A DNA stretch of 64,000 bases, taken from the NCBI GenBank assembly GCA_002428665.1, contig DIXK01000067.1, positions 234,617 to 298,616 on the forward strand, read 5' to 3'. This document shows, piece after piece, positions 20,321 to 29,921 of this stretch (within the stretch, counting starts at the first letter, position 1; every line of letters starts with the position of its first letter). This DNA comes from Verrucomicrobia subdivision 3 bacterium UBA6082 (GTDB taxonomy: Bacteria; Verrucomicrobiota; Verrucomicrobiia; Limisphaerales; UBA8199). Made by a program: the position numbers and the translations under genes. Below the pieces are notes generated by a model, which was not told the origin of the DNA, did not search any database, and was given only the letters and a program-made list of their open reading frames with translations.

Positions 20321-21337
20321 TCAATAACTGAAATGACCGATTTTGACCTTGCCACGAAACACCCACAGAATCACGCAGGTGTAGGCGAGCACAAACGGCA
20401 TGCCCAGAAACGCGATATTGCGCATGATTGCCAGAGTCTTTTGGGAGGAAGCACCGTTGTAGACATTCAGACTCCAATCGGGCGACAAAGAGGAGTGGAC
20501 GAGGTCTGGGAAGAGTGCGACTCCAAACAGGAAGGTTAACGCTGCAATGGCGGCGCAGGAGGAGATAAACGCATGAAGAGGTCGTGCTCGATAAATGGCG
20601 CGGGGAATATTACTTACCGCCAAGATGTTAAGCACGACCACGAGCCAGACCCAGGGGTGCTGATCAAAATTACGGGTAGCCAGGGGAACTTGCACAAGGG
20701 TGAAAACCGTTGTGAAGAGGAAAAGCACAAGAAAGAATCCGAAGGTGCGCCAGTTCCAGCCATGGATTCGCTTGTGGAGTTCGCCTTCGGTTTTGAGAGA
20801 CAGGTAAAGCGAACCGTGCATGGCGAAGGTTGCCACCGCGAATAGCCCGACCAATACCGGATAGGGCCGAACCAGGTCGAGTGTTGTGCCGGTGAATTCC
20901 TTGTCCGCACCTATTGGCATGCCCTGGAGAGCGTTGCCGACGGCGACGCCGAAAAGGAAAGTTGCCAGGGTGCTGCCGCCGAAAAAGGCCCAGTCCCATG
21001 TCTGGCGCCATGCGGGATTCTGGCGCTTGCTACGGAATTCCATGGAAACGGCGCGGAAAATGAGTGCAAATAGCAGCAACATGAAGGGAGTATAGAAGCC
21101 TGAAAACACCGTGGCGTAGACCTCCGGGAATGCGGCGAACATAGCGCCGCCGAAGGTGACAAGCCAGACTTCGTTGCCGTCCCAAAGCGGCCCAATCGAG
21201 TTCATCAAAATTCGGCGTTCCTGATCAGTTTTGGTGAACGGGTGCAGGATTCCGACTCCAAGGTCGAAACCATCCAAAATGGCATAACCGGCTAGCAGTA
21301 TACCGAGCAAAACAAACCAAAGCAGGTTGAGGTCCAT
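20321..21337 (-). CDS. cydB: cytochrome bd ubiquinol oxidase subunit II
   Basis: Characteristic N-terminus (LLWFVLLGILLAGYAILDGFDLGVGIL), WDGNEVWL block, and multiple TM helices. It starts 8 nt after the cydA stop. Confidence 0.92.
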   Translation of the reverse strand: MDLNLLWFVLLGILLAGYAILDGFDLGVGILHPFTKTDQERRILMNSIGPLWDGNEVWLVTFGGAMFAAFPEVYATVFSGFYTPFMLLLFALIFRAVSMEFRSKRQNPAWRQTWDWAFFGGSTLATFLFGVAVGNALQGMPIGADKEFTGTTLDLVRPYPVLVGLFAVATFAMHGSLYLSLKTEGELHKRIHGWNWRTFGFFLVLFLFTTVFTLVQVPLATRNFDQHPWVWLVVVLNILAVSNIPRAIYRARPLHAFISSCAAIAALTFLFGVALFPDLVHSSLSPDWSLNVYNGASSQKTLAIMRNIAFLGMPFVLAYTCVILWVFRGKVKIGHFSY

Positions 21338-21345
21338 GGGAAGTC

Positions 21346-22803
21346 CTATTTGGAGGGGGTTGGGCCGGGATTATGGGGCGATTCGCCGGGCATAGTGAGG
21401 GAGTAACCACCGGTGCCGGCACGCTGGCCAGCTACATCGGCCAGGTCCTGGCCCTTGGTCTTCTCAGGCGGTGTTACCGGCTCCGGGCCGTGCTGAATCT
21501 TGTCGTTCAGCACATAAAGGAAAACGGCAAAAAGAAGCGCGTAAATGATGCCGAACATGATAATCGAGGCAAGTGTCTGGCCTGCAGTTACCGATTTTGA
21601 GAGGCCATCGCTGGTGCGAAGCATGCCATAGACGACCCACGGTTGGCGTCCGAACTCGGCGGTGGCCCAGCCAAGCTGGTTGGCAGCATAGGGCAAAGGA
21701 ATGGACACAACGAAGATCCAGAGGAGCCAGCGAGTCTCGAAGAGCTTGCCTCGCCAGAGGTAGAACCATGCGGCCAGGGTAATCGCAATGAAGAAGAAAC
21801 CCAGGCCTACCATCAAGTGGAACGACTGAAATGTCAGGTTAACGGGAGGCCAGTCATCGCGGGGGAATCTGTCCAGCCCCATCACCGGTTCTTGGGTGTT
21901 GCCATGTATCAGGAAGCTGAGCATGCCGGGTATGGCCAGGCCAAATCTTACACTGCGTTTTTCCTCGTCGGGAATGCCGAACGCATAGAGCGGGGTGCCT
22001 CCGGTGCCTGTCTCGAAGTGAGCTTCCATGGCCGCTAGCTTTGCTGGCTGGGTTTTCTTGAGGTTTCGTGCCTGCACATCCCCCTGAATCAGCGCGGCAA
22101 GAGACATTACACTGCCCATGATAAGAGCTTGGCTAAAACTCCTTTTGGCAAACTCAAGATGCTTTCCGCGCAGGAGGTAATAAGCAGAAATGCTCATGAC
22201 GAAGAACGCAGCCAGAATGTAACAGCCAATCAGGGTGTGTAGCAGACGATCCACGCTGGAAGGATTGAAGACCATAGCCCAAAAATCCGTGATCTCGGCG
22301 CGCACGTTAGTCCCTTCGCCCACAAGATGGAAACCTGCAGGGGTTTGTTGCCAGGAATTGGCTACGACAATCCAAACCGAGGAAAAAATAGCGCCCAGAG
22401 CAACCATACAGGTGGCGAAGAAGTGGACGCGAGGTGAGACTTTATCCCACCCAAACACGACGACAGCCAGGAACCCCGATTCTAGGAAGAACGCGAAAAT
22501 GCCTTCAGCGGCAAGGGCGGAACCAAAAACATCCCCAACGAACCGGGAATAAGTTGCCCAATTGGTTCCAAATTGGAACTCCATGACGATGCCCGTGGAG
22601 ACACCCATGGCGAAATTAACTGCGAAAATGCGAGTCCAGAATTTGGCCGCCTGTTCATAATGGGGATTGCGTGTTCTAAGGTACATCGCCTCCAGAGATA
22701 CCATCAAACCTCCCAACCCGATGGTTAAAGGAGGGAACAGGTAATGGAACATGATGGTCAGAGCGAACTGCAGCCGTGAGAGAATCAAAACATCGAGTTC
22801 CAT
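21346..22803 (-). CDS. cydA: cytochrome bd ubiquinol oxidase subunit I
   Basis: Characteristic N-terminus ([23 protein letters not shown]). [16 protein letters not shown] block. Short Q-loop length class (485 aa). Confidence 0.93.
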   Translation of the reverse strand: MELDVLILSRLQFALTIMFHYLFPPLTIGLGGLMVSLEAMYLRTRNPHYEQAAKFWTRIFAVNFAMGVSTGIVMEFQFGTNWATYSRFVGDVFGSALAAEGIFAFFLESGFLAVVVFGWDKVSPRVHFFATCMVALGAIFSSVWIVVANSWQQTPAGFHLVGEGTNVRAEITDFWAMVFNPSSVDRLLHTLIGCYILAAFFVMSISAYYLLRGKHLEFAKRSFSQALIMGSVMSLAALIQGDVQARNLKKTQPAKLAAMEAHFETGTGGTPLYAFGIPDEEKRSVRFGLAIPGMLSFLIHGNTQEPVMGLDRFPRDDWPPVNLTFQSFHLMVGLGFFFIAITLAAWFYLWRGKLFETRWLLWIFVVSIPLPYAANQLGWATAEFGRQPWVVYGMLRTSDGLSKSVTAGQTLASIIMFGIIYALLFAVFLYVLNDKIQHGPEPVTPPEKTKGQDLADVAGQRAGTGGYSLTMPGESPHNPGPTPSK

Positions 22804-22961
22804 AAGGATTGGTCGATTGTCAAACGCAACCGCAGCGATCCTCTCATAGTAGAGGCTTCCGAGTCAATGCACGAAGCAATTTCCGATTTCGTGCTCGAAC
22901 CGGTTCGGTAGGCTACCTGAACGTTACCGCCACGGCCAAAGGAACCTGAACGGCGGAAATA

Positions 22962-25900
22962 TTATCGTCCGCAGCAATGCTTATACTTTTTTCCGCTGCC
23001 GCAGGGACAGGGGTCATTGCGACCGACTTTTGGCCCAGCACGGAGAGGCTTAGCGCGTTCAGCAGCAGCGGCCGCTTCGCTGACTATATCACTGGCCTGT
23101 GGTTGGGCTGGGGCGCTCGGGCTGGCACCTGCATTGCCGAAGGCGCTCGTAGATTGGTGGGTGGTTTGGCGTGGGGCGTTGCGGAGGAAATTCTCGAAAG
23201 CCATTAAGCTGGTGGCGCTGCGAAATATGTTGTGGCAGATTGCAGTCTTGATATTAACCATCAGTTCCTGGAAAACCTTGTAGGCTTCGCCCTTGTACTC
23301 GATCAGCGGGTCTCTCTGGCCATGCGCGCGGAGACCGATGCTGTAACGAAGGCTGTCCATTTCATAGAGGTGCTCCTGCCAGAGCTTATCGATGGCGCTG
23401 AGAATGGTGTAGCGCTCGACTTCGATCAGGGCCTCTTGGTTTTCGTAGCTGACCTTAAGCTCGTAGGCTTTTCGCACGCTGTCGGCGATAAAGCTGCAGA
23501 CGGCGAATTGGGCTGGGCTAAGGTTTTCAAACATCGATCCGGGTACCGGTGCTTCATGTCCGGATTCGGCCGCCTTGACAATCTCGGTTTCGGGCAGGCC
23601 CAAGGGGAAATTCAGATTCACCCAGTCAGACAGTGAGCGGATTTTCCAGGCATTCGCGTCGAATTCGGCGGTTGTGAATTCCTCGACCTTAGATAGGACC
23701 ACTTCCTCCATGATGTCCATCAGGCGATCGCGGATGTCAGTGCCGTGGATGATTTCGTTGCGGAAGCCGTAGATGACTTCACGCTGTTTGTTCATCACAT
23801 CGTCGTATTCGAGGGTCCGTTTCCGGATTTGAAAATTGTGTTGCTCGACGCGCTTCTGAGCTTGTTCGATGGAGCGGTTTAAGAGCGGATGTTCGAGTTC
23901 TTGCCCTTCTTCCAGCCCCATCTTTTCCATATACTTGACGATACGGTCGGAGCCGAACAGCCGCATGAGATCGTCTTCCAAGCCGATGAAGAAATGGGAA
24001 GAGCCTGGGTCACCCTGACGGGCGCAACGGCCGCGCAGTTGGCGGTCGATGCGGCGGGCTTCATGACGTTCCGTGCCGATGACATGAAGTCCTCCAAGTT
24101 CAGCTACGCCGAGGCCGAGCTTAATGTCGGTGCCACGGCCAGCCATATTGGTGGCAATGGTGACCGCGCCGCGCTGGCCCGCCCGAGCTACGATTTCAGC
24201 TTCCTGCTGGTGGTACTTGGCGTTAAGAACAGAATGTACGATGCCCTCGCGTTTGAGCATGCGCGAGAGGTGCTCGCTTACTTCGACGGAGATGGTGCCT
24301 ACCAGGATAGGACGGCCCTGTCCGTGGATTTCTTTGATTTCCTTGAGGACCGCGTTGTATTTCTCGCGTCGGGTTTTGTAGACGGAATCGTTGGCGTCTT
24401 TGCGGGCCACCGGTTTGTTAGTTGGGATGACCAGCACTCCTAACTTGTAAATGTCGAAAAACTCAGACGCTTCCGTTTCGGCTGTGCCAGTCATGCCGGC
24501 CAGCTTTAGGTAGAGCCGGAAATAGTTCTGAATCGTGATGGTGGCCAGAGTCTGAGTCTCACGTTCGATGGCGACTCCTTCTTTGGCCTCGACCGCCTGG
24601 TGCAGCCCATCGCTCCAGCGGCGTCCTGTCATGAGACGACCGGTGTTTTCATCGACGATGATTACCTTGTTATCCTGAATCACGTATTGGACGTCCTTCA
24701 GATAGAGGCAGTACGCCTTGAGCAACTGTGAGATGGCATGAATCCGCTGGGCCTTGGTTTCGAACTCTTGTTGGAGTTTAGTTTTAGCCTCCAGCCGCTT
24801 GCGCGGATCGGTCTCTGGCCCCACGTCAATTTCGTGCAGCGCCGTAGTGAGATCGGGGAGCATGAAGGCGTCGGGATCGCCGGGCGACAAGTAATTTCGC
24901 CCTTTCTCGGTTAGGTCGGCCTCGTGGCTCTTCTCATCGATCGCAAAGAATAGCTGCTCTTTCTCAGCGTACAGTTCGACTTTCTTCTGGTCCGCGTGCA
25001 ACTGGAGTTCGGCCTGGTTCATCAGCCGGACATGTTCCGGGTTTTCCAGGACTTTCATCAATCCCTCCGAGCGAGGTGTACCCAGTTTCACCCGGTAGAG
25101 GAGCAGTCCGATTTCGCGCTCGAGGAGTTCGGCGTCCTGAACATTTGAACCGTCCTCAGGATGGAGTTTACGCAGCAAGTCTTCGGCATCCTTCAGAAAC
25201 CGATTGCAGAGCCGTTCCTGGGTGTGAAAGAGGGATTCGACCTGAGGTTTGAAGCGGCCATATTGCTCGTCATAGGTTACTACGGAGGGACCGCTGATGA
25301 TTAGCGGAGTGCGGGCTTCGTCAATCAGGATTGAGTCGACTTCGTCTACGATTGCAAAGTAATGACCACGTTGGACCTGTTCTTCCTTTCGGGAGGCCAT
25401 GCCGTTGTCGCGGAGATAATCGAACCCAAACTCGGCATTAGTTCCATAGGTGATGTCACAGGCGTATTGTTCCCGGCGAACATTAGGGGGTTGGTCGTGC
25501 AAAATGCAGCCGACTGTCAAGCCCAACGCCTTATAGACGGCTCCCATCCATTCACTGTCGCGCAGGGCGAGGTAATCGTTGACTGTGACAACGTGGACGC
25601 CACGGCAGGTGAGTGCATTAAGGTAAACCGGCAAGGTCGCCACCAGCGTCTTGCCTTCGCCGGTAGCCATTTCCGAGATGCGTCCGGAATGCAAGGCGTA
25701 TCCGCCGATGAGTTGGACGTCAAACGGAACCATTTCCCATTTCAGCGGGTGTTCCCGGACGATGATTTCACTCCCACAGAGTCGCCTGCAAGTGGCTTTG
25801 ACCACTGCGAAGGCCTCGGGAAGGATTTCGTCCAGACGGGCTGCGAGTTTCGTGTTGTCGCTGATCTGCGAAAGCTCCGCTTTCCAGGCAGCGGTCTTGG

Positions 25901-26033
25901 CTCGCAAATCTTCATCCGAGGCCGTCTTCATTCCGGCTTCGAACTCATTGATTCTGGCGACGAGCGTGCGAAGTCGTTTGACTTCGCGATCGTTTTTCGA
26001 CCCGATGAATTTCTTTATTATCCAACCAATCAT
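22962..26033 (-). CDS. secA: preprotein translocase ATPase SecA
   Basis: N-terminus KKFIGSKNDREVKRL. DEAD-like motor blocks (MATGEGKTLVATLP, IVDEVDSILIDEARTPLIISG, TNMAGRGTDIKLG). C-terminal zinc-binding tail CPCGSGKKYKHCCG. Confidence 0.97.
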   Translation of the reverse strand: MIGWIIKKFIGSKNDREVKRLRTLVARINEFEAGMKTASDEDLRAKTAAWKAELSQISDNTKLAARLDEILPEAFAVVKATCRRLCGSEIIVREHPLKWEMVPFDVQLIGGYALHSGRISEMATGEGKTLVATLPVYLNALTCRGVHVVTVNDYLALRDSEWMGAVYKALGLTVGCILHDQPPNVRREQYACDITYGTNAEFGFDYLRDNGMASRKEEQVQRGHYFAIVDEVDSILIDEARTPLIISGPSVVTYDEQYGRFKPQVESLFHTQERLCNRFLKDAEDLLRKLHPEDGSNVQDAELLEREIGLLLYRVKLGTPRSEGLMKVLENPEHVRLMNQAELQLHADQKKVELYAEKEQLFFAIDEKSHEADLTEKGRNYLSPGDPDAFMLPDLTTALHEIDVGPETDPRKRLEAKTKLQQEFETKAQRIHAISQLLKAYCLYLKDVQYVIQDNKVIIVDENTGRLMTGRRWSDGLHQAVEAKEGVAIERETQTLATITIQNYFRLYLKLAGMTGTAETEASEFFDIYKLGVLVIPTNKPVARKDANDSVYKTRREKYNAVLKEIKEIHGQGRPILVGTISVEVSEHLSRMLKREGIVHSVLNAKYHQQEAEIVARAGQRGAVTIATNMAGRGTDIKLGLGVAELGGLHVIGTERHEARRIDRQLRGRCARQGDPGSSHFFIGLEDDLMRLFGSDRIVKYMEKMGLEEGQELEHPLLNRSIEQAQKRVEQHNFQIRKRTLEYDDVMNKQREVIYGFRNEIIHGTDIRDRLMDIMEEVVLSKVEEFTTAEFDANAWKIRSLSDWVNLNFPLGLPETEIVKAAESGHEAPVPGSMFENLSPAQFAVCSFIADSVRKAYELKVSYENQEALIEVERYTILSAIDKLWQEHLYEMDSLRYSIGLRAHGQRDPLIEYKGEAYKVFQELMVNIKTAICHNIFRSATSLMAFENFLRNAPRQTTHQSTSAFGNAGASPSAPAQPQASDIVSEAAAAAERAKPLRAGPKVGRNDPCPCGSGKKYKHCCGR

Positions 26034-26428
26034 GGTTTTATGAAACGTTAGACGCTACGGGAACGGTGGTAAGACGTCAAAGACTTTAGGAAGACTAGCG
26101 CTTTTCAGCGGAAACTCAAGCCACGTCGATTTTCACGGATGCGGGTAACGACGCTTTACGAGGCAAATGATGCTCCAGTATTTTTCAGCGGGTGACGGTT
26201 TGGCCACACGGCGCAACTGCTGCGGCTACGAAAGCCATGGGGGGAGGGAGGGACCTTCATCCGGCACAGCATGGGCAAAAGGACCAGGAATCAGAAACCT
26301 GGATGGCTCGCGCACCGGAGACGAAGCCCGCAGTGGGTGGATGCAAAATAGGGTCAAGAAATAGCAAAATCCGGTGAATATCATGGCAAGCAAACCGCTC
26401 TAGCTATATAGCCAGCCATTGAAATAAG

Positions 26429-27763
26429 ATGGTGCCAAGCAGTCTAACTATGATCAAAGATGCAGCCCGCCCCTTGTGGGGAACGAAACGAGCAGCTAGG
26501 ACCGATGCCACCGTTGAGCGCTTTCTTCACGAGGCTGGCATGGTGAACGTAGCTGGATCTTTGTCGGCGCCTGGTCGGGGAGCCGCGAGTGTTAATTTAG
26601 GAGATTGCGTGCGCTTGGTGCTGATGGCCACTCCTGAGAAGCCCGGAGGGTCCTTGTGGGCTCAGGTGTCCGAACTGCTGGAGACCACGGAAAAGGCATC
26701 CAGCTTTGGCAATCAATCGATAAAAATGACTTCGGTCACGGTCTTCCTCAAGCACCAAAAGGACAGGGAAGAATGCGAGCGACTGGTCAGCCAGCACTTT
26801 GGATCGCACTCCCCAGTGGTTAACTATGTTTTTCAACCCCCTGGTTCTGGTGCGCTGGTAGCCATGGAGGCATGGGGAATTGGCGGGCGAGATATCCGGA
26901 TCGAGCATCATGAGCCCCACGTAATGTCCGTGGACTACGACAGCATGCGGTGGATATATTGCGGTGGGATCCACGTCCCGTTTGGGGCGAGCGGAGCTCA
27001 CCACCAGACCAACTGCGCGCTCGATGCTACGCGTCGTGCGCTGGAGTCAGTGGGAGCTAGTTTCGAGGATGTGGTGCGGACTTGGTTTTATCTTGGGGAT
27101 ATTACTGCTGCGGAGGGTGACAACCAGCGCTACCAGGAGATGAATCGCGCGAGAACCGATTTTTATTCTGAGATTTGCTTTGGTCGGTTTCTAGGAGGAG
27201 GGCATCAGCTTGAATCTGGTTTCCCGGCCAGCACCGGCATTGGAATGGAATCGAAAGACCTTGTGATCGGGTGCATTGCGTTGCAGACCCAGCGCCGAGA
27301 TGTTCGGTTGCTGACGCTCGAGAATCCCCAGCAGACACCTGCCTACACTTACCATCCGAGATACTCTCCAAAGAGCCCCAAGTTTTCGCGGGCGATGGCC
27401 TTGGTTTTGGGGGATTATACCACGACCTGGATATCGGGCACTGCGAGCATTGTGAATTCCGAGAGTGTTTTCACTGGTGACATTGTCAGGCAAACTGAGC
27501 AGACCATTGACAATATTGAGCGGTTAATTGCGCCGGCCAATTACGCGGGGCACGGGGCTCCTGGAGCGGGGGCAACTCTGGGCGATCTGGCCAAAGTGCG
27601 AGTCTATATCAAGCGCCCGGAGGATTATGTGAGATGCAAGGCGGTGTGCCAGCGACGATTTGGCAATATTCCGGCGATTTACGTATTCGCAGATGTCTGT
27701 CGCCCAGAGCTGTTAGTTGAGATTGAAGGGGTGGCATTCTCTCGGAACCGACCGGCATGCTGA
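26429..27763 (+). CDS. YjgF/RidA-fold protein resembling FkbO/Hyg5/XanB2-type chorismatases
   Basis: The C-terminal RidA-like domain is clear (ISGTASIV...GDIVRQTEQTIDNIERLI...VRVYIKRPEDY...LLVEIEGVAF). The central segment VVRTWFYLGDITAAEGDNQRYQEMNRARTDFY and FPASTGIGM recall chorismatase family blocks. The start is uncertain. Confidence 0.55.
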   Translation: MVPSSLTMIKDAARPLWGTKRAARTDATVERFLHEAGMVNVAGSLSAPGRGAASVNLGDCVRLVLMATPEKPGGSLWAQVSELLETTEKASSFGNQSIKMTSVTVFLKHQKDREECERLVSQHFGSHSPVVNYVFQPPGSGALVAMEAWGIGGRDIRIEHHEPHVMSVDYDSMRWIYCGGIHVPFGASGAHHQTNCALDATRRALESVGASFEDVVRTWFYLGDITAAEGDNQRYQEMNRARTDFYSEICFGRFLGGGHQLESGFPASTGIGMESKDLVIGCIALQTQRRDVRLLTLENPQQTPAYTYHPRYSPKSPKFSRAMALVLGDYTTTWISGTASIVNSESVFTGDIVRQTEQTIDNIERLIAPANYAGHGAPGAGATLGDLAKVRVYIKRPEDYVRCKAVCQRRFGNIPAIYVFADVCRPELLVEIEGVAFSRNRPAC

Positions 27764-27764
27764 A

Positions 27765-28871
27765 TCAGGGCGCAGCTTGAGGGGTGAATGATGGTCCAGC
27801 GGCACGAGGGCCCGATTCTGTCCACAATAGTCTATCGAGGCACAGCCAACGAACCTTCATGTCGGGATCCCAAGCATGGTATACGATAAACTGTGAGTAT
27901 CCCGTTGGACCGGGCACGATTGAATGATGTCCGGGTCCGCGAACCTGGCCAGGAATGCCCTGGAGAACTCGAGGAAGTGATCCCTGATCACGGTACGGGC
28001 CCATGGGATGGTCCGCGACTACGTAATCAACACCGTAACTGGGTGTCTGGTAATTTGCTCCACTGTAGAAGACGTAGTAAAGCCCCTTATGCTTTACGAC
28101 ACAAGGGCCCTCGATCGTGTGCCAGTCGAAGGTTTTTCCGTAGACGTCCATGCGGCGGTTGGCTTCGTAGAGTGTCCAGTCGTGCCGCGCTCGCACAACG
28201 ACCCGGCAATCACCAGCAAGTCGAGTCATATCTATCAATCGATCAACGACTATCGCGGTGCCGGGATAAAGGCTGGGCGCCTCATTTGTGAAGTTGCGGG
28301 CGTAAAAAAGGTACCACTGCCCGTCCTCGTCCCGAAAGGGAAAGGCGTCGATTGTAAATCTGTTTTGATCGCAATCCGCGAGCTTGTGCTCAGCATCCGA
28401 ATAAGGACCTTGCGGTGAGATGCTTGTGGCCACACGCAGTTGGAACTCCTCGGGTTCCACCCCGCCCATGGAATAATAGAGATAAAACCGTCCATCGTTG
28501 AAGGTAACTTCCGGCGCCCAATATTGATATCGCCGATCCGTCGATGGAGGTTGTAGAGCGCCGCCCACGCACTCCCAGTCAACAAGGTCGGTGGAGCGCA
28601 GCACAGTGAAAATCCGCCCATCGGATGTCCTTTGATTGCCAGTGGTGCCGAATGCGTAGTAGACACTTTCATGCAGGATGACAGAAGGGTCCGGCATGGA
28701 ACCCGGGTAAACCGGGTTGGTGTAGGTTCGGGTCGGCTTGGTCGGGTTGGATTGTGAGCAATCAGTGCAGCAGCCCGCCAGCAAGCCGAGCGCGACCAGT
28801 CCCGTGGTAAAAGTTGAGAGTGCGCGCATTGAACTGAGCGGGGTGCCTCCAACATTCGCCAGGTTCCGCAT
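27765..28871 (-). CDS. glycoside hydrolase family 43 lipoprotein (xylosidase/arabinofuranosidase-like)
   Basis: Lipobox (LLAGCC). GH43 blocks YTNPVYPGSMPDPSV (catalytic Asp), YWAPEV, DAFPF and TIEGPCV (catalytic Glu). Confidence 0.88.
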   Translation of the reverse strand: MRNLANVGGTPLSSMRALSTFTTGLVALGLLAGCCTDCSQSNPTKPTRTYTNPVYPGSMPDPSVILHESVYYAFGTTGNQRTSDGRIFTVLRSTDLVDWECVGGALQPPSTDRRYQYWAPEVTFNDGRFYLYYSMGGVEPEEFQLRVATSISPQGPYSDAEHKLADCDQNRFTIDAFPFRDEDGQWYLFYARNFTNEAPSLYPGTAIVVDRLIDMTRLAGDCRVVVRARHDWTLYEANRRMDVYGKTFDWHTIEGPCVVKHKGLYYVFYSGANYQTPSYGVDYVVADHPMGPYRDQGSLPRVLQGIPGQVRGPGHHSIVPGPTGYSQFIVYHAWDPDMKVRWLCLDRLLWTESGPRAAGPSFTPQAAP

Positions 28872-28880
28872 AATCCGTTG

Positions 28881-29804
28881 CTAAGCAGCCAGTTTCACAG
28901 GTTGCTCGGCCAAGGCGCTGTTAACCCGTTGGATGGCTTCATCAATCTCGGCAGTACTCTTGAAGCCGATGACGATGGAATGGATTTCCGGTAGCGACAT
29001 GGCGAAGCGGATGGACTTTTCCCTGTCTTCGGGATTCGTGAAATCGCCGTTGCCGATGATTTTCATTCCGATGATACCTCGGCCCTTGGCGTGCATCTTG
29101 CGGAGTTCTTCGAGCACCGGGGAGATCTGGCTGCCTGGTTTATTCCAGGTTTCGTCCATGCCGTCGACATGCTTGCCTTGCGGATTCACCCGAACGAGAT
29201 GCACCTGGGTCCAGGGGGAGGTCGTGGCATTCCGGAGAGCGGGAAGGCTGTGACAGGAAACGCCCTTGGATAGAATCCATTTTTTGTCTTTGGCCTCGTC
29301 GAAGGCATCCATAATCCGCTTCCACTCATCCGTCCAGCCATCTTTCACCATGCAATGGATTAACATGCTGTCGATGTAATCGGTCTTGAAAACTGACCGA
29401 TGGCGGTCAATGTTTTCTAGGATTTTCTCGGGCTTGCCCCCAATTTTCGATTGGATGAAAACCCTTTCGCGAGGCAGGCCTTTGATGGCATCGGCCATCC
29501 AGTCGAAGGTGCGGTAGCTTTGAGCGCAATCGAAATAGGTCACGCCCTGGTCGTAGGCATGGCGGATCAGCCGATTGAACTCCTGCTGACCCAGCGCGTG
29601 CTGAACCTGCCCGCTGTTACTGCCGGTACCAAAGCCGATCCGACTGATGCGAAGACCGGTGTTGCCCAAAGCAATCTGATCGGCCGCAGTGCGCCGTGTC
29701 GTGGGTTTTGTGCCAGTTGAGGAACAGGAAGTCAGGACCAACGTGCTCGCGGCAAGGGCGGTCCATTCGAGAAATTGGCGGCGATTAAGATGGGAAGGAG
29801 TCAT
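28881..29804 (-). CDS. Tat-signal aldo/keto reductase
   Basis: NRRQFLEWTALAAS twin-arginine-like leader. AKR blocks (GFGTGS, YFDCAQSY, IQSKIGG, HCM). Nine nt separate it from the GH43 gene downstream. Confidence 0.88.
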   Translation of the reverse strand: MTPSHLNRRQFLEWTALAASTLVLTSCSSTGTKPTTRRTAADQIALGNTGLRISRIGFGTGSNSGQVQHALGQQEFNRLIRHAYDQGVTYFDCAQSYRTFDWMADAIKGLPRERVFIQSKIGGKPEKILENIDRHRSVFKTDYIDSMLIHCMVKDGWTDEWKRIMDAFDEAKDKKWILSKGVSCHSLPALRNATTSPWTQVHLVRVNPQGKHVDGMDETWNKPGSQISPVLEELRKMHAKGRGIIGMKIIGNGDFTNPEDREKSIRFAMSLPEIHSIVIGFKSTAEIDEAIQRVNSALAEQPVKLAA

Positions 29805-29921
29805 TTCGGTGGTTCCTGATAGCGTTTTGATACGCGATATTCATCCGGTTGAAAAGGCGTAACTCAAATTAGCCGGGCGGAGGGAGGTCGGCAACGGAAA
29901 ATAACGGGCTAAAACAGGCCA

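Noticed and set aside
22869-22907. Two adjacent palindromic elements between the secA stop and the cydA start (GCACGAA-12 nt-TTCGTGC and the 12-bp palindrome CGAACCGGTTCG)
   Set aside because: The stems are short and no U tract follows on the secA-sense strand. They could be a weak terminator or an operator, but the evidence is too thin to call a feature.
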